Of a stretch of DNA of 49,623 nucleotides, positions 1 to 10,995 are shown piece after piece. Under the pieces are notes generated by a model that was given only the letters and a program-made list of their open reading frames with translations, was not told the origin of the DNA and did no database searches. The DNA comes from Octopus bimaculoides (taxonomy: Eukaryota). The translations under genes and the position numbers were made by a program. Location of the stretch: NCBI RefSeq assembly GCF_001194135.2, contig NC_069002.1, positions 22,532,776 through 22,582,398 of the forward strand. The letters are read 5' to 3'. Position 1 is the stretch's first letter. Every line of letters starts with the position of its first letter.

Positions 1-134
1 CATCCTTTCGGGGTCGATAAATTAAGTACCAGTTTCGCACTGGGGTCGATGTAATCGACTTAATCCCTTTGTCTGTCCTTGTTTGTCACCTCTATGTTTA
101 GCTCCTTGTGGGCAATAAAGAAATAAAAGAAATA
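1..134 (+). mobile_element. tRNA-derived SINE family B, 3' part (cut by window edge)
   Basis: Core CCTTTCATCCTTTCGGGGTCGATAAATTAAGTACCAGT recurs about 10 times in the window; GAAATAA-type tail. Resemblance to the Deu/Nin SINE domain is from memory only. Confidence 0.85.
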
Positions 135-2823
135 AGACAGTGTGTGAGAGAGAATCGTGATGTCGTGGGAGAGAAATGTGTTCGCATGGATGATGGTACG
201 CTTGCACTAAACGAGGCTGCAAAGAAAGAGGTATGGAGACGTCACTACGAAAGATTGCTCAATAAAGAGAATGAATAGGAGAAAGAGAGTCTGCCGAATG
301 TCGACCCAACAGAGGGACCAGCTATCAGAGTTGACAGTACCATGGTGGACAAAGCAATTAAGAGTATGAAGACAGGGAAGGCCCAGGGTCCATCAGGAAT
401 CACTGCAGAGATGCTCAAAATATCTGGCAGTGTCAGCTATAGCCTAGTCACCTGTATTGTTAACCAGGTGATACACGAAGGAGTCATACCCAATGACTGG
501 TGTAGCAGCACAATAGTCAACTGCTACAAAGGTAAAGGTGACGCTTTAGACACAAACAATTACAGAGGTATCAAGTTGTTGGACCAGGTAATGAATGTCA
601 CAGAGAGGGTCATAGCCCAACAAATTGGGGAGAGAGTCAGTTTAAATGAGATGCAATTTGGGCTCGTTCCAGGAAAAAGTACCACTGATGCTATATTTCT
701 GGTAAGACAGCTGCAGGAGAAATACCTAGCCAAAGATAAACCTCTGTACCTGGCTTTCGTTGACATGGAGAAAGCCTTTGACAGGGTCCCCCACTCCCTT
801 ATCTCGTGGCCAATGAGGAAACTAGGGATAGATGAATGGTTAGTGAGAGCTGTGCAAGCCATGTACAGGGACGCTGTCAGTAAGGTGAGGGTTGGTAACG
901 AGTACAGCGAAAAATTCCAGGTAGAGGTAGGGGTCCACCAAGGTTCTGTCCTCAGCCCCCTCCTATTTATCATAGTCCTCCAGGCAATAACACAGGAATT
1001 CAAGACGAGATGCCCCTGGGAGCTCCTCTATGCTGATGACCTTGATCTAATTGCTGAGTCACTATCAGAACTAGAGGAGAAGTTTCAGATGTGGAAGCAA
1101 GGACTAGAACTGAAGGGCCTTAGAGTCAACCTATCTAAAACCAAAGACCTAATAAGTAGGAAGGTAGACAAAACACAAACACCTTCAGGTAGATGGCCCT
1201 GCTCAATCTGTAGAAAAGGCGTAGGCAGAAACTCTATAAGATGCACCAAGTGCAAGCTTTGGACACATAAGAGGTTCAGCAATATCAAAGGAAGGTTAAC
1301 TAGGAAGTTAGTTTTTGTATGTAGCAGATGTTCAGGAGCAATAAACACTGTGAATGTGCAGAAAACAACTTCTGCCACATTCCAGGGAGAAAAACTAGAC
1401 GTAGTTGATAGCTTCCGCTATCTAGGTGACCAAGTTAGTAGTGGGAGAGGGTGCGCTGNNNNNNNNNNNNNNNNNNNNNNNNNNNNNNNNNNNNNNNNNN
1501 NNNNNNNNNNNNNNNNNNNNNNNNNNNNNNNNNNNNNNNNNNNNNNNNNNNNNNNNNNNNNNNNNNNNNNNNNNNNNNNNNNNNNNNNNNNNNNNNNNNN
1601 NNNNNNNNNNNNNNNNNNNNNNNNNNNNNNNNNNNNNNNNNNNNNNNNNNNNNNNNNNNNNNNNNNNNNNNNNNNNNNNNNNNNNNNNNNNNNNNNNNNN
1701 NNNNNNNNNNNNNNNNNNNNNNNNNNNNNNNNNNNNNNNNNNNNNNNNNNNNNNNNNNNNNNNNNNNNNNNNNNNNNNNNNNNNNNNNNNNNNNNNNNNN
1801 NNNNNNNNNNNNNNNNNNNNNNNNNNNNNNNNNNNNNNNNNNNNNNNNNNNNNNNNNNNNNNNNNNNNNNNNNNNNNNNNNNNNNNNNNNNNNNNNNNNN
1901 NGAGAGACGATTGCGCTGGTATGGCCATGTGGCGAGAATGGATGACGATAGCTGTGTGAAAAAGTGCCACTCCCTAGCAGTTGAGGGAACCTGTGGAAGA
2001 GGTAGACCCAGGAAGACCTGGGATGAGGTGGTGAGGCACGACCTTTGAACATTGGGCCTCACTGAGGCGATGACTTCTGACCGAGACCTTTGGAAATATG
2101 CTGTGCGTGAGAAGACTCGGCAAGCCAAGTGAGACCTAAATCCAAGGCCTCCGCCAGGGCTGTAACCAGCCCACTTATTCGTACCTTCCTTCATTGGACA
2201 CAAAACTCCACTTGCGAAGACCTGTTTAGGCAAGTGAAATTGGAATCGAAATCGAACTAAATTCAACGACTGGCACCCATGCCAACGTCGTCTCCTTCAT
2301 TGGACACGAAACTCGGCTTGTGAAGACCTGTTGGGGCAAGCGAAAGCGAAATCGTGATGGCACCTGTGCCCAGCGTTGTCTTCCTGGCACTTGTGCCAGT
2401 GGACTGGCTCCTATGCATGACACGAAACTCGGCTTGTGAAGACCTGTTGGGGAAAGCGAAAGCAAAATCGTGATGACACCTGTGCCCAGCGTCGCTTTCC
2501 TGGCACTTGTGCCGGTGGCACATGTAAAGACATTCGAGCGAGATCATGCCAGTGCCGCTGGACTGGCTCCTGTGCAGGTGGCATGTAAAATACACCATTT
2601 TGAGCATGGCTGTTGCCAGTACCACCTGACTGGCCTTCGTGCCGGTGGCACGTAAAAGCACCCACTATACTCTTGGAGTGGTTGGCATTAGGAAGGGCAT
2701 CCAGCTGTAGAAACTCTGCCAAATCAGATTGGAGCCTGGTGTAGCCATCTGGTGCACCAGTCCTCAGTCAAATCGTCCAACCCATGCTAGCATGGAAAGC
2801 GGACGTTAAACGATGAAGATGAT
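135..2823 (+). mobile_element. RTE-clade non-LTR retrotransposon, 5'-truncated, with 3' UTR and (GAT)n tail
   Basis: RT ORF; RTE C-terminal motif RLRWYGHVARM...RGRPRKTW; 3' tail AGGAAGGGCATCCAGCTGTAGAAAC ending GTTAAACGATGAAGATGAT. N gap at 1459-1901. Confidence 0.93.
342..2048 (+). CDS. RTE reverse transcriptase ORF (partial, spans N gap) with PHD-like zinc finger
   Basis: Motifs NYRGIKLL, QFG, FVDMEKAFDRV, GVHQGSVLSP, YADD (1029-1040), FRYLG. The frame continues upstream to about 136 through one in-frame TAG at 276-278, so this copy is probably defective. Confidence 0.9.
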   Translation: MVDKAIKSMKTGKAQGPSGITAEMLKISGSVSYSLVTCIVNQVIHEGVIPNDWCSSTIVNCYKGKGDALDTNNYRGIKLLDQVMNVTERVIAQQIGERVSLNEMQFGLVPGKSTTDAIFLVRQLQEKYLAKDKPLYLAFVDMEKAFDRVPHSLISWPMRKLGIDEWLVRAVQAMYRDAVSKVRVGNEYSEKFQVEVGVHQGSVLSPLLFIIVLQAITQEFKTRCPWELLYADDLDLIAESLSELEEKFQMWKQGLELKGLRVNLSKTKDLISRKVDKTQTPSGRWPCSICRKGVGRNSIRCTKCKLWTHKRFSNIKGRLTRKLVFVCSRCSGAINTVNVQKTTSATFQGEKLDVVDSFRYLGDQVSSGRGCAXXXXXXXXXXXXXXXXXXXXXXXXXXXXXXXXXXXXXXXXXXXXXXXXXXXXXXXXXXXXXXXXXXXXXXXXXXXXXXXXXXXXXXXXXXXXXXXXXXXXXXXXXXXXXXXXXXXXXXXXXXXXXXXXXXXXXXXXXXXXXXXXXXXXERRLRWYGHVARMDDDSCVKKCHSLAVEGTCGRGRPRKTWDEVVRHDL

Positions 2824-3030
2824 CACATATATACACACACACACATATATATATCTATATATACAGCTCCTTCAGTCCCAACTACACTATCAGATGTAAA
2901 AGCAAGGTGGCCAGGTGGATAACATTTTGATATAGCTGCCCTTCAGTTATAAGTTCAAGTCTACTGCATGTGTTGAAAGGAGTGTGTGTGTGTGGGGGGG
3001 GGAATGAATTCCAGGCATTCAGTCTTTATC

Positions 3031-3270
3031 AATCATCATCATCGTTTAATGTCTAGATTCCATGCTGGCATGGGTCAAATGAGTCGATAGGACCTAAAGA
3101 GTTCAAGGACTGTGCCTTGTGTGCCAAAGTTTGCTGTCCATGGTTTCTATGATTGGATGAACTTCCTAATGCCAACCCCTTAACAGCAAGTGTTGGGTGC
3201 TTGTCAAACCACTTGCACTACTGAGGTCACCAGGCAGCTTGCTGGAGTTTGAACCCTGGGAGGGGTGAAG
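3031..3270 (-). mobile_element. Degenerate copy of the (GAT)n-tailed retroposon 3' end
   Basis: (CAT)n followed by CGTTTAATGTC..CCATGCTGGCATGGG, the reverse complement of the RTE tail at 2650-2823. Confidence 0.7.
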
Positions 3271-3770
3271 TATCATGTCATGCTAGGGGACAAGGAGTTA
3301 AAGTATGATAAGAGGGGTGGGCAGAGTAGGTTCTTGTTGAGGACCTGCATAGCTAGTAACATTTAGGAGGAGAAAAGAGAAAATGAAAGAAAAACAGTTT
3401 CTTTTTTTTGACACAGGACCAACTATTTTTAGAGAGGGGATGAATCAGCACATCAGACTCCAATCCTAGACAGGGGTTTTATCATCCTTAGAAGAATAAA
3501 AGATTTGAATTCAGAATGTGAAGAGCCAGAAGAAATGGTGCAAGACATTTTGTCCAACATTCCAGCCAATACACCATTGTAATACAAGAAAAAATACAAA
3601 AACCAAAAAGATATTAGCAAATCAAAAGAATAAAAACCCCCATATTTAATGCTCTCTCTTGCAAAACCAGAAAGATATGCTGGGATTCAAATAAAATCCT
3701 TCAACCAATCAAGATTTCCTACATAAATAGTATCCAAATATTCTGGCAATATCTTTTGTGAAAATGATTG

Positions 3771-4227
3771 CAGTATAGAAGAGACATGTTAGCTATACAA
3801 AAACACTGAGAGACTGTTAATATCACTTAAACATTTATTTGTTATTTGGTGTCCAACTTTTTGGCTGCTCAATACTATGACTTAGTCACTGATAAGATTA
3901 TACTGCATCTCCAGGTTACAATTTGTACAACAAAACCTTGGACATCAAACAACAGATAATAAATGTTTAAGTGATGTTAACAGTCTCTGTGTGTTTCTGA
4001 ATGACTAATATGTCTTCCATGTAGCAAGCTGGTAGAATTGTTAACAAGCTGGGTGAAATGCTTAGCTGTATTTCATCTGCCATTACATACTGAGTTCAAA
4101 TTCCACCGATGTCGACTTTGCCTTTCATCCTTTCAAGGTTGATGTAATCTCTTTGTATGTCCTTGTTTGCCCACTCTATGTTTATCCCCAGGTGGGCAAT
4201 AAAGAAATAAATATGTCTTCCATGCTG
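3771..4227. mobile_element. Tc1/mariner-type foldback MITE with about 85-bp imperfect TIRs, interrupted by a SINE
   Basis: 3771-3857 is the approximate reverse complement of 3940-4021 plus 4210-4227; CAG...CTG ends; TA on the right, TG on the left. Confidence 0.7.
4022..4209 (+). mobile_element. SINE family B with 15-bp target-site duplication
   Basis: TSD AATATGTCTTCCATG at 4007-4021 and 4210-4224; box B-like GAGTTCAAATTCC; family B core. Confidence 0.9.
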
Positions 4228-5287
4228 TAATCGCTTTAGTTTCAACACATGGTTTCAGATCAAATCACTTACTTGGTGAGTGCACCTTTTGTTAAAAAAA
4301 AAATACAAAATGAAAAATAAAATAAACAACCGCACCTATATTTAAGATGATCTGGTTCATTCTCTACACCAAACAACAGTATCTATATACCTATGTTAGT
4401 TTAACTGTCAGTGCCAAATAATAATACATTTATGTTGAACAATTTCTAACATTTCAACTGGAATATTAAATACACTCAAACTACACACAAAATGTCTGTT
4501 AGACAAAACCATACTCAAGGGAACAGACACGGTAGGGTGGTCGAGAAGCAGACTTTACAACTATGTGCTTTTGAGTTCAATCCCACTTACCGTGCTTTGG
4601 ACAAGAGTTTTGTGTGACAGCCTAGGGTCAACCAAAACCTTGAGTGAAATTTGGTAGAAGGAAATTGTGCAGAAACTTGCAGGAGGGACCATTCCCATCC
4701 TTTGGTGATGGACAATTCATACACTGACCCTTGAGCCCTTTTAGCAGAGCTCAGTCTTCTACAAGCATTTGAAGTAGGACTTCAGTTCTGACTAATACAG
4801 TTATTTTCTTCTCCTACATATTCAACTGCTACAGTGTATAACCCCTGGTCCCCACACCACCAACACCCTGTCACCTTGATCCCTCTTTCTCATTGACTCA
4901 TATTTTTGTGTTTCCTTAACAACCACCAGAGAAAATTTACAATAATTTCAACCAAGCATCAATAACATGAACCCCCAACCACCCACCACCTCCACAACAC
5001 ACACACTTGCAGTCCAGAAATATTTTGAATGTAGCCATTTGCTGCCTCCTACTTCAAACTAAAATGTGTAAATGAAAAGCTGAAAACACTTGAATCATGA
5101 GTCACCACAGACCAAAGTGCTTGCCCTCCCCCTTCTCCCCACACCCTTCACTAAGTCTTATATTTGTTTAGCCATAATACCACGGGTTGGTGGGATTTCA
5201 ATATATCTGTCAAATATACACCACAAATCTCTGCACGGTATCTGCTGCAATTTTTACAACTGAACAGTCCAACAGATAGAGAATTTA

Positions 5288-5410
5288 TTCACAAGGCTTT
5301 GGCCAGACCAGGAATATAGTAGATGCTTGTGCCAACAAAGGTGCTCTGCAGGGGACTGAACCTGAAATTATATGGCTGTTAAGTGTACATCTTAACTACA
5401 TGGCCATGCT
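5288..5410 (-). mobile_element. SINE family A (tRNA-derived, CORE-like), degenerate 5' part
   Basis: Diverged reverse complement of the head GGCTGTGTGGTAAG..GGTTCAGTCCC..CACCTTGGGCAAG. Confidence 0.7.
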
Positions 5411-5436
5411 GCTGCCTAATAATTTTTATTTTTATA

Positions 5437-5438
<2 letters not shown>

Positions 5439-5491
<53 letters not shown>
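5439..5491. repeat. (GT)n microsatellite running into an N gap
   Basis: Direct inspection. Confidence 0.98.
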
Positions 5492-5632
5492 NNNNNNNNN
5501 NNNNNNNNNNNNNNNNNNNNNNNNNNNNNNNNNNNNNNNNNNNNNNNNNNNNNNNNNNNNNNNNNNNNNNNNNNNNNNNNNNNNNNNNNNNNNNNNNNNN
5601 NNNNNNNNNNNNNNNNNNNNATGTATGTACAC

Positions 5633-5983
5633 ACGGCTGTGTGGTAAGAAGCTTGCTTCACAACCACATGGTTCCAGGTTCAGTCTCACTGCATGGCACC
5701 TTGGGCAAGTGTTTTCTACTATAGCCTCAGGCCAACTAAAGTTTTGAGTGGATCTGGTAGATGGAAATTGAAAGAAGTCCATTGTATATATGTATCTATG
5801 TGTTCATCCCCCACACCACCACTACCACTTGACAACAGGTTACACTCCCATAACTTAGTGGTTCAGCAAAAGAGACAGATAGAATAAGTACCAGGCTTAT
5901 AAGAAGTATTAGGGTTGATGTATTCAATTGAAAATCTTTCAAGGTGGTGCCCCAGCATGACCGCAGTCTAATAACTAAAACAA
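5633..5983 (+). mobile_element. SINE family A, near full length
   Basis: tRNA-like head, CORE-like CACCTTGGGCAAGT, 3' GCCCCAGCATGACCGCAGT..AAACAA. Resembles octopus OR1/OR2-type SINEs (inference). Confidence 0.88.
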
Positions 5984-6305
5984 CACACACACACACACAC
6001 ACACATATATGTAGTTGAGGAGAGAGAGAATCAATTGCTTTCAGTTCTGGAACAAAGTGTTCTGAAAACCTGATGCCAAAGACTATATAAACCAATCGAA
6101 AAAGAACAAGACAAGATGCTGCTGGTTCAATGGTAAACAACACAATTAAACTACTCCCTGTCTATTGCATCTAGACATAAATAAATATAATTCATAACAA
6201 AGAAATGTTGCCTACACAGCACAAGTCCATCAACTCCACACTGTCATAGCGAAAATAAATTACTGAACGTTAAAAACAATGTAAATGAAAAGCAAACAAA
6301 GAAAC

Positions 6306-6431
6306 CTGATCATAAATGGTTTTGTAACTAAGCTGGCCTGTTGGCCAGTGTACAACGCCACAGCAACACCTAATGTCTCCTCCCTTGCTGCCAATGCCTG
6401 ATAACGAAGGAGTCTGGTTGCTAAATAAAGC
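6306..6431 (-). other. Candidate 126-nt cassette exon (ALFSNQTPSLSGIGSKGGDIRCCCGVVHWPTGQLSYKTIYDQ in phase 0)
   Basis: ttcAG acceptor (6432-6434), weak GTTTCT donor, length divisible by 3, two open frames, more GC-rich than flanks. No recognised homology. Confidence 0.25.
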
Positions 6432-6934
6432 CTGAATTTGTCACATACAAAAATGGCACATATACAAAAAAAAAACACATCAGACTGCTTTCCATTTATA
6501 CAAGCTGTGTGGTTAAAAAAGCTTGCCTATAAAGTATGTCACTTCAAGTTTGGTCCCACAATGTGACATCTCTCTCACAAACGTCTATTACTGCAGTCTC
6601 AGTCTGATCAACTGCCTTATCAGTGAATTTCATGGACAGAAACTATTTGTAAGCCACTCACTCTCTCTCTCTCACACACACACACACACAAATATATACA
6701 GCTGTGTCTGTTTACTTCCACAGATGTTCACACTGACACCATTTAAGCAACAGTGATAGTGTTTATGTTCCTTGTAAACAAAAACTCCATCAGCTCAGTG
6801 AAGTTGTGGAATAAAATAACTTAGTTGAAAAATGAATACGCATCAGTGTCGGAAAGGGCATCTGGCCATAGAATATTGCCTCAACATGTCTCACCCAACG
6901 CATGTAATCATAGAAAAAACAGATACAAAAATGA

Positions 6935-7440
6935 TCATGGTGATCATCTTCATTTAATGTCCTCCCGTCCATGATGGCACGGGTTGAATGGTTGAACAGA
7001 AGATAGTAAGCCAGAAGACTGTGCCAAGCTCAATTATCAGCCTTGGTATGGTTTCTATGACTGGATGTCCTTTCTAACACCAACCACTTTACAGAGTGTA
7101 CTGCTTTTTACACGGTACCATCACCGACAGGTCGCCAAGTAATTTGCAAGACACCCCTCAACTGAAACAGGTTTCATGCCCAGTGGGACAGAAATAGGTG
7201 TCTCACAGTAGAGGAAATTCATGGCTCCGTCAGTAGGAGAGAGAGGGAGAGAGAGAGAAAGGAAAGTGAAGAAGATGTGTTGGAGTGAATCCTCAAGTTA
7301 CAGGGAAGTGCTGATATCTACATAACTAGAACCAGTGAAGAGTGGAGTGAAACAGGTTTCCGCATCAGGTAGGGAGCAGACAACAAATGGAATGAGCGTG
7401 ACAAGGGGTAAAGAAGAAAGGAATGGGCAAAATGTTAATA
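6935..7440 (-). mobile_element. Retroposon 3' fragment: RTE-like tail joined to a decayed non-RTE LINE end
   Basis: The tail matches 2650-2823. The upstream body gives a frameshifted C..C....ET..H..LHC-like zinc knuckle instead of the RTE C-terminus. Confidence 0.5.
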
Positions 7441-7630
7441 GTATCATCATCATCTACCTCATTTGATGATGAAGGTAAGTTAGAAGAAAAATCTTCATCC
7501 CTGCATTTGCAACTTGATTTCTCCTATCAATAAGGGCCGTTTATACTTGGGCATATCCGTTGATGATGGCCAGATCCATGTAAAATTTTTGAAACATTAA
7601 TTGATGATATCTGTGGTTTAAGGGAGTTAA

Positions 7631-7804
7631 GCCTTTCATACAGTCATACCTTACCCAATTCAATGTGATCTATGTTCAAACCAGCCCAGATCCAGCTACC
7701 CTCTCTTAAAATATACAGTTACATCATCAAAATCTCAAAACCATGAGATAATACATGATTAGATCAAAAACAGTGTGAACAAATAAGCACTAGATAGAGT
7801 AATC
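7631..7804 (-). mobile_element. piggyBac-derived MITE, one end missing
   Basis: TTAA at 7627-7630; reverse complement of the MITE at 24504-24721; terminal ~18 nt absent at the junction with the adjacent piggyBac. Confidence 0.7.
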
Positions 7805-7816
7805 TTTTATTCCTAA

Positions 7817-9583
7817 CCCTTTATTGTTCAGACTGGCTAAAACTGGCTGAAAATAATCCCAGTTTATTTGTTCGAATCAGCCAAATCCGGTCATATCTGA
7901 TTCCTCTACGAAGCTGCTAAAAAAATAAATAAACAAATCACATTATTGAATTCCGCCTTTGTTCAAGTGAAAATATTGTGAAATTTTTTAGACTTTTTGG
8001 CTTTTTCAATGTCTGAAACGAAGTGTACATTTTAGTTTTTAATGATGGCGTCAACAAGTAGTGATTCCAACAGGTGTACTTCCTAAAATTTTGTCATTCC
8101 GACTTTGAAAGTTTTATTCTTGATGATGTACAAAATATAATCAAAAATAACAGTGATTTGTCTTCAGACGAATCTGATATTGATATTTACAAATCTTCAT
8201 CAGATGAGAAAGATTTTGATAATGGAAGAGATGAAAATGATATTGAAAACATTACAGCAACATAGTTGAAAATTACTACATCAACCACAATTCCTGATTT
8301 CATAGAAAAAACTCATCCACAACATTATAACTCCTGATGTTCAACTATTGGACTATTCATTTTTATTTTTACTGAAAAGTTCTTTCTAAACTATTGCAGA
8401 GGAAACAAATAAATATGTTCAATGCATAATTTCTATCCGTGGATGACCCAAACCACTATGGTGGCTAACTGATACTGTGGAAATGCAAGTTTTTTTTTAC
8501 TATAAACATTTTATGTACTGGTTCAAAAGTTATAGGATGGGGAAGAATTCTGAAGAAATACCATTGTTTATGTAAGAAGCCACAAGGTACCTCTACCACC
8601 AAAAGACAATTCGAAAATTTCAGGTTGACATCACATCTCAGTTATGTGAGGGCTTTTCTTCCAGAAAGCACAGAACAGGGAGAAAAGCAAAATTAACTGA
8701 GTTGGATGTCAACAGAGAAAATATTGACTTCCATAAAGTGGCAAAAATGGAAGGAAAAATGTTTGCAGATTGTGTTTGCTGCATAAAAGAAAAACTGTGA
8801 AAGGATATCAGGTCGAGACCTCATCTATGTGTGTTCATTTTGCAAAGTGTCCTTGTGTAAACGGTGCTTTGGACAGTTTCACAATAGTAATATGACATGA
8901 CTATATTTTGTTGTTTGTTAGTAATACTATCATATATTCATTTAATTTTATTACAATATGTGAAAATGAGAAATACATATTAATTTTCAGTATGTTACAT
9001 ACCTGTATTCACCTTTGTCTCACTTGTTAATGAGGTTTTTTTTTTATTAGGTACATTCTGTTATGTAAATGTACTCATTAAATTGTATAGGAGTACATAT
9101 CCAATGGTATATTGACTAGTAAAAGAGTTTTGTACTTTATTTTCAATGAAAATGTTTGAATGAAAAATGGAGAAAGAATAAAATCTTGTACTAATTACAT
9201 CTGTATTTTAATATATACCTCAACTTGAAAAGTGGCAAAACTGTTGCAGTTGACATCTGGGATAATTTTAGTAACAAATCAAACAGGTAAGATGCATTAA
9301 GAATTTCAATTTTAGTGTTTATCCATAATGTTATTGCTTTTACACCTATTAATTAAATTTACCTGCTCATAGAAGTCAAATTTATTAAGAAAGATCAGCT
9401 AAAATTACATAACTATAAATCACTGGTATATGAGCATCCACTGATAATATTTCAAATCTGTATGTAAAAAGATTAACATAGTTACAAGCAAATATTGTGG
9501 ACATCCCTCTTGAACCTGAATAATTCAAAATAATGTGAAGAAATAAGCATTACATTTGACAGATTAATCTGAACACTAAAGGG
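7817..9583 (+). mobile_element. Internally deleted piggyBac transposon (pseudogenised transposase)
   Basis: TIRs CCCTTTATTGTTCAGAC / CCCTTTAGTGTTCAGAT with CTAA and TTAA flanks; acidic N-terminus (SSDESDIDI); LFF...IAEETNKY motif near 8360-8420; C-terminal Cys-rich domain remnants at 8771-8883. The catalytic core is largely missing. Confidence 0.85.
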
Positions 9584-10506
9584 TTAAATAAAAGGTTTCA
9601 TAACAAGAGCCGCCTTCTTGTATTAATCAACAATGAAGTAAAATGTGGAAGAGAAAGCCATTTTTCAGTTATGCTAAACCCAATTGAAGGACCATCAGGG
9701 AATATTTAGGGAACAATGCCAGGCAACAGGACAAGATATGGAACTTCTCTTTTACTGGTCAAGCAAATTTGTACAAGCAGAGCTGTATCCTTTGCTCAAT
9801 GGTATGACATAGTGGCTGACCTCTGTCCACAGCTCCAGGATACTTAGCTGGGAAATTGACACCTAGTGATTTGGTGGATTTCATTCATTTTTATATCAAT
9901 ATATTTTAAGAGTATTCTTTGAACTTGTCAATGAATATACACCAAATGTGGTACAAAAATCAATCAATCAATCTCACAAACAGTACAGTTTTGATTTATT
10001 GATGCAGTTACTATTTTCGCTTAACTCATCACCTTCAGAAAGCAACAGTGTAACTTTCTCACCCCACTCCCCGCTTCTCAATCAATTCCTACTCTACCTG
10101 ACATTTATGCATTAACTATATTACTCTCAGCGGTCCCCTAGCACCCCTTCCAGTTTTAATCCCATCCCTACTTTATAAACCAGCTATAAACAATGTTGAA
10201 TTAACCTAAAGAGACAAGTGAGACAACAGACAGAATGTTAATAACCGATAGAAATTAAAAATGAGAATATCAGGTTTAGATTAGTAAAATAGTGGAGGAG
10301 ATATTATGTTGCTGTGGGCTCAAACTATGCAAGAAGCTAAAAAATTTTTTGACTAAAACACAACCGGGAACCTAAGTAAGGTGTGTGTAAAATTTGAATG
10401 AAATTGGTTGTGNNNNNNNNNNNNNNNNNNNNNNNNNNNNNNNNNNNNNNNNNNNNNNNNNNNNNNNNNNNNNNNNNNNNNNNNNNNNNNNNNNNNNNNN
10501 NNNNNN

Positions 10507-10545
<39 letters not shown>

Positions 10546-10794
10546 TACATCACTGAAGCTGTTGAGGAATACAAGATGATAAAATAACTGCCAGTAACCA
10601 CTAGTAGATTTACAAGAGACTATTAGGTGAAAGATCAGTTTATTCTCAAAAAGTCACACCAATTAACTGTAATCAAGGTCCAATGGGTACCACACATTAA
10701 TTAATTAGCAGGGCATTAAATAAGCAACTGAAGTGTTTTGATAGATTATTATTCCCTGAAAATCTTGTGGGTATTTCATTAACAAAGTTGTTAA

Positions 10795-10995
10795 TGTTTA
10801 AGACCAGGTTAGACCTGATGAAACACATTCCAACCATAGCCATCTCATCTTTTCAGCAGACAGTGTATCAAGAAACTTGTTATTCTATACAGCTTTTCAT
10901 GTTTTCAAGACAGTAATTTGAGATGTAATTTGAGAGATCTGGCTGCTATTTTTAGTAGACTGAACAGCCATACAGACACTCCTCTGGTTGGTTTA
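10795..10995. repeat. Unclassified interspersed repeat family D
   Basis: Shares GCTGCTATTT(C)TAG and ACATTCCAGCCATGACCATC blocks with 18640-18780, 38515-38700 and, inverted, 41320-41700. Confidence 0.55.

Noticed and set aside
1418-2266. Several ORFs spanning N gaps (also at 5383-5782, 10394, 44422)
   Set aside because: They stay open only because N codons are not stops.
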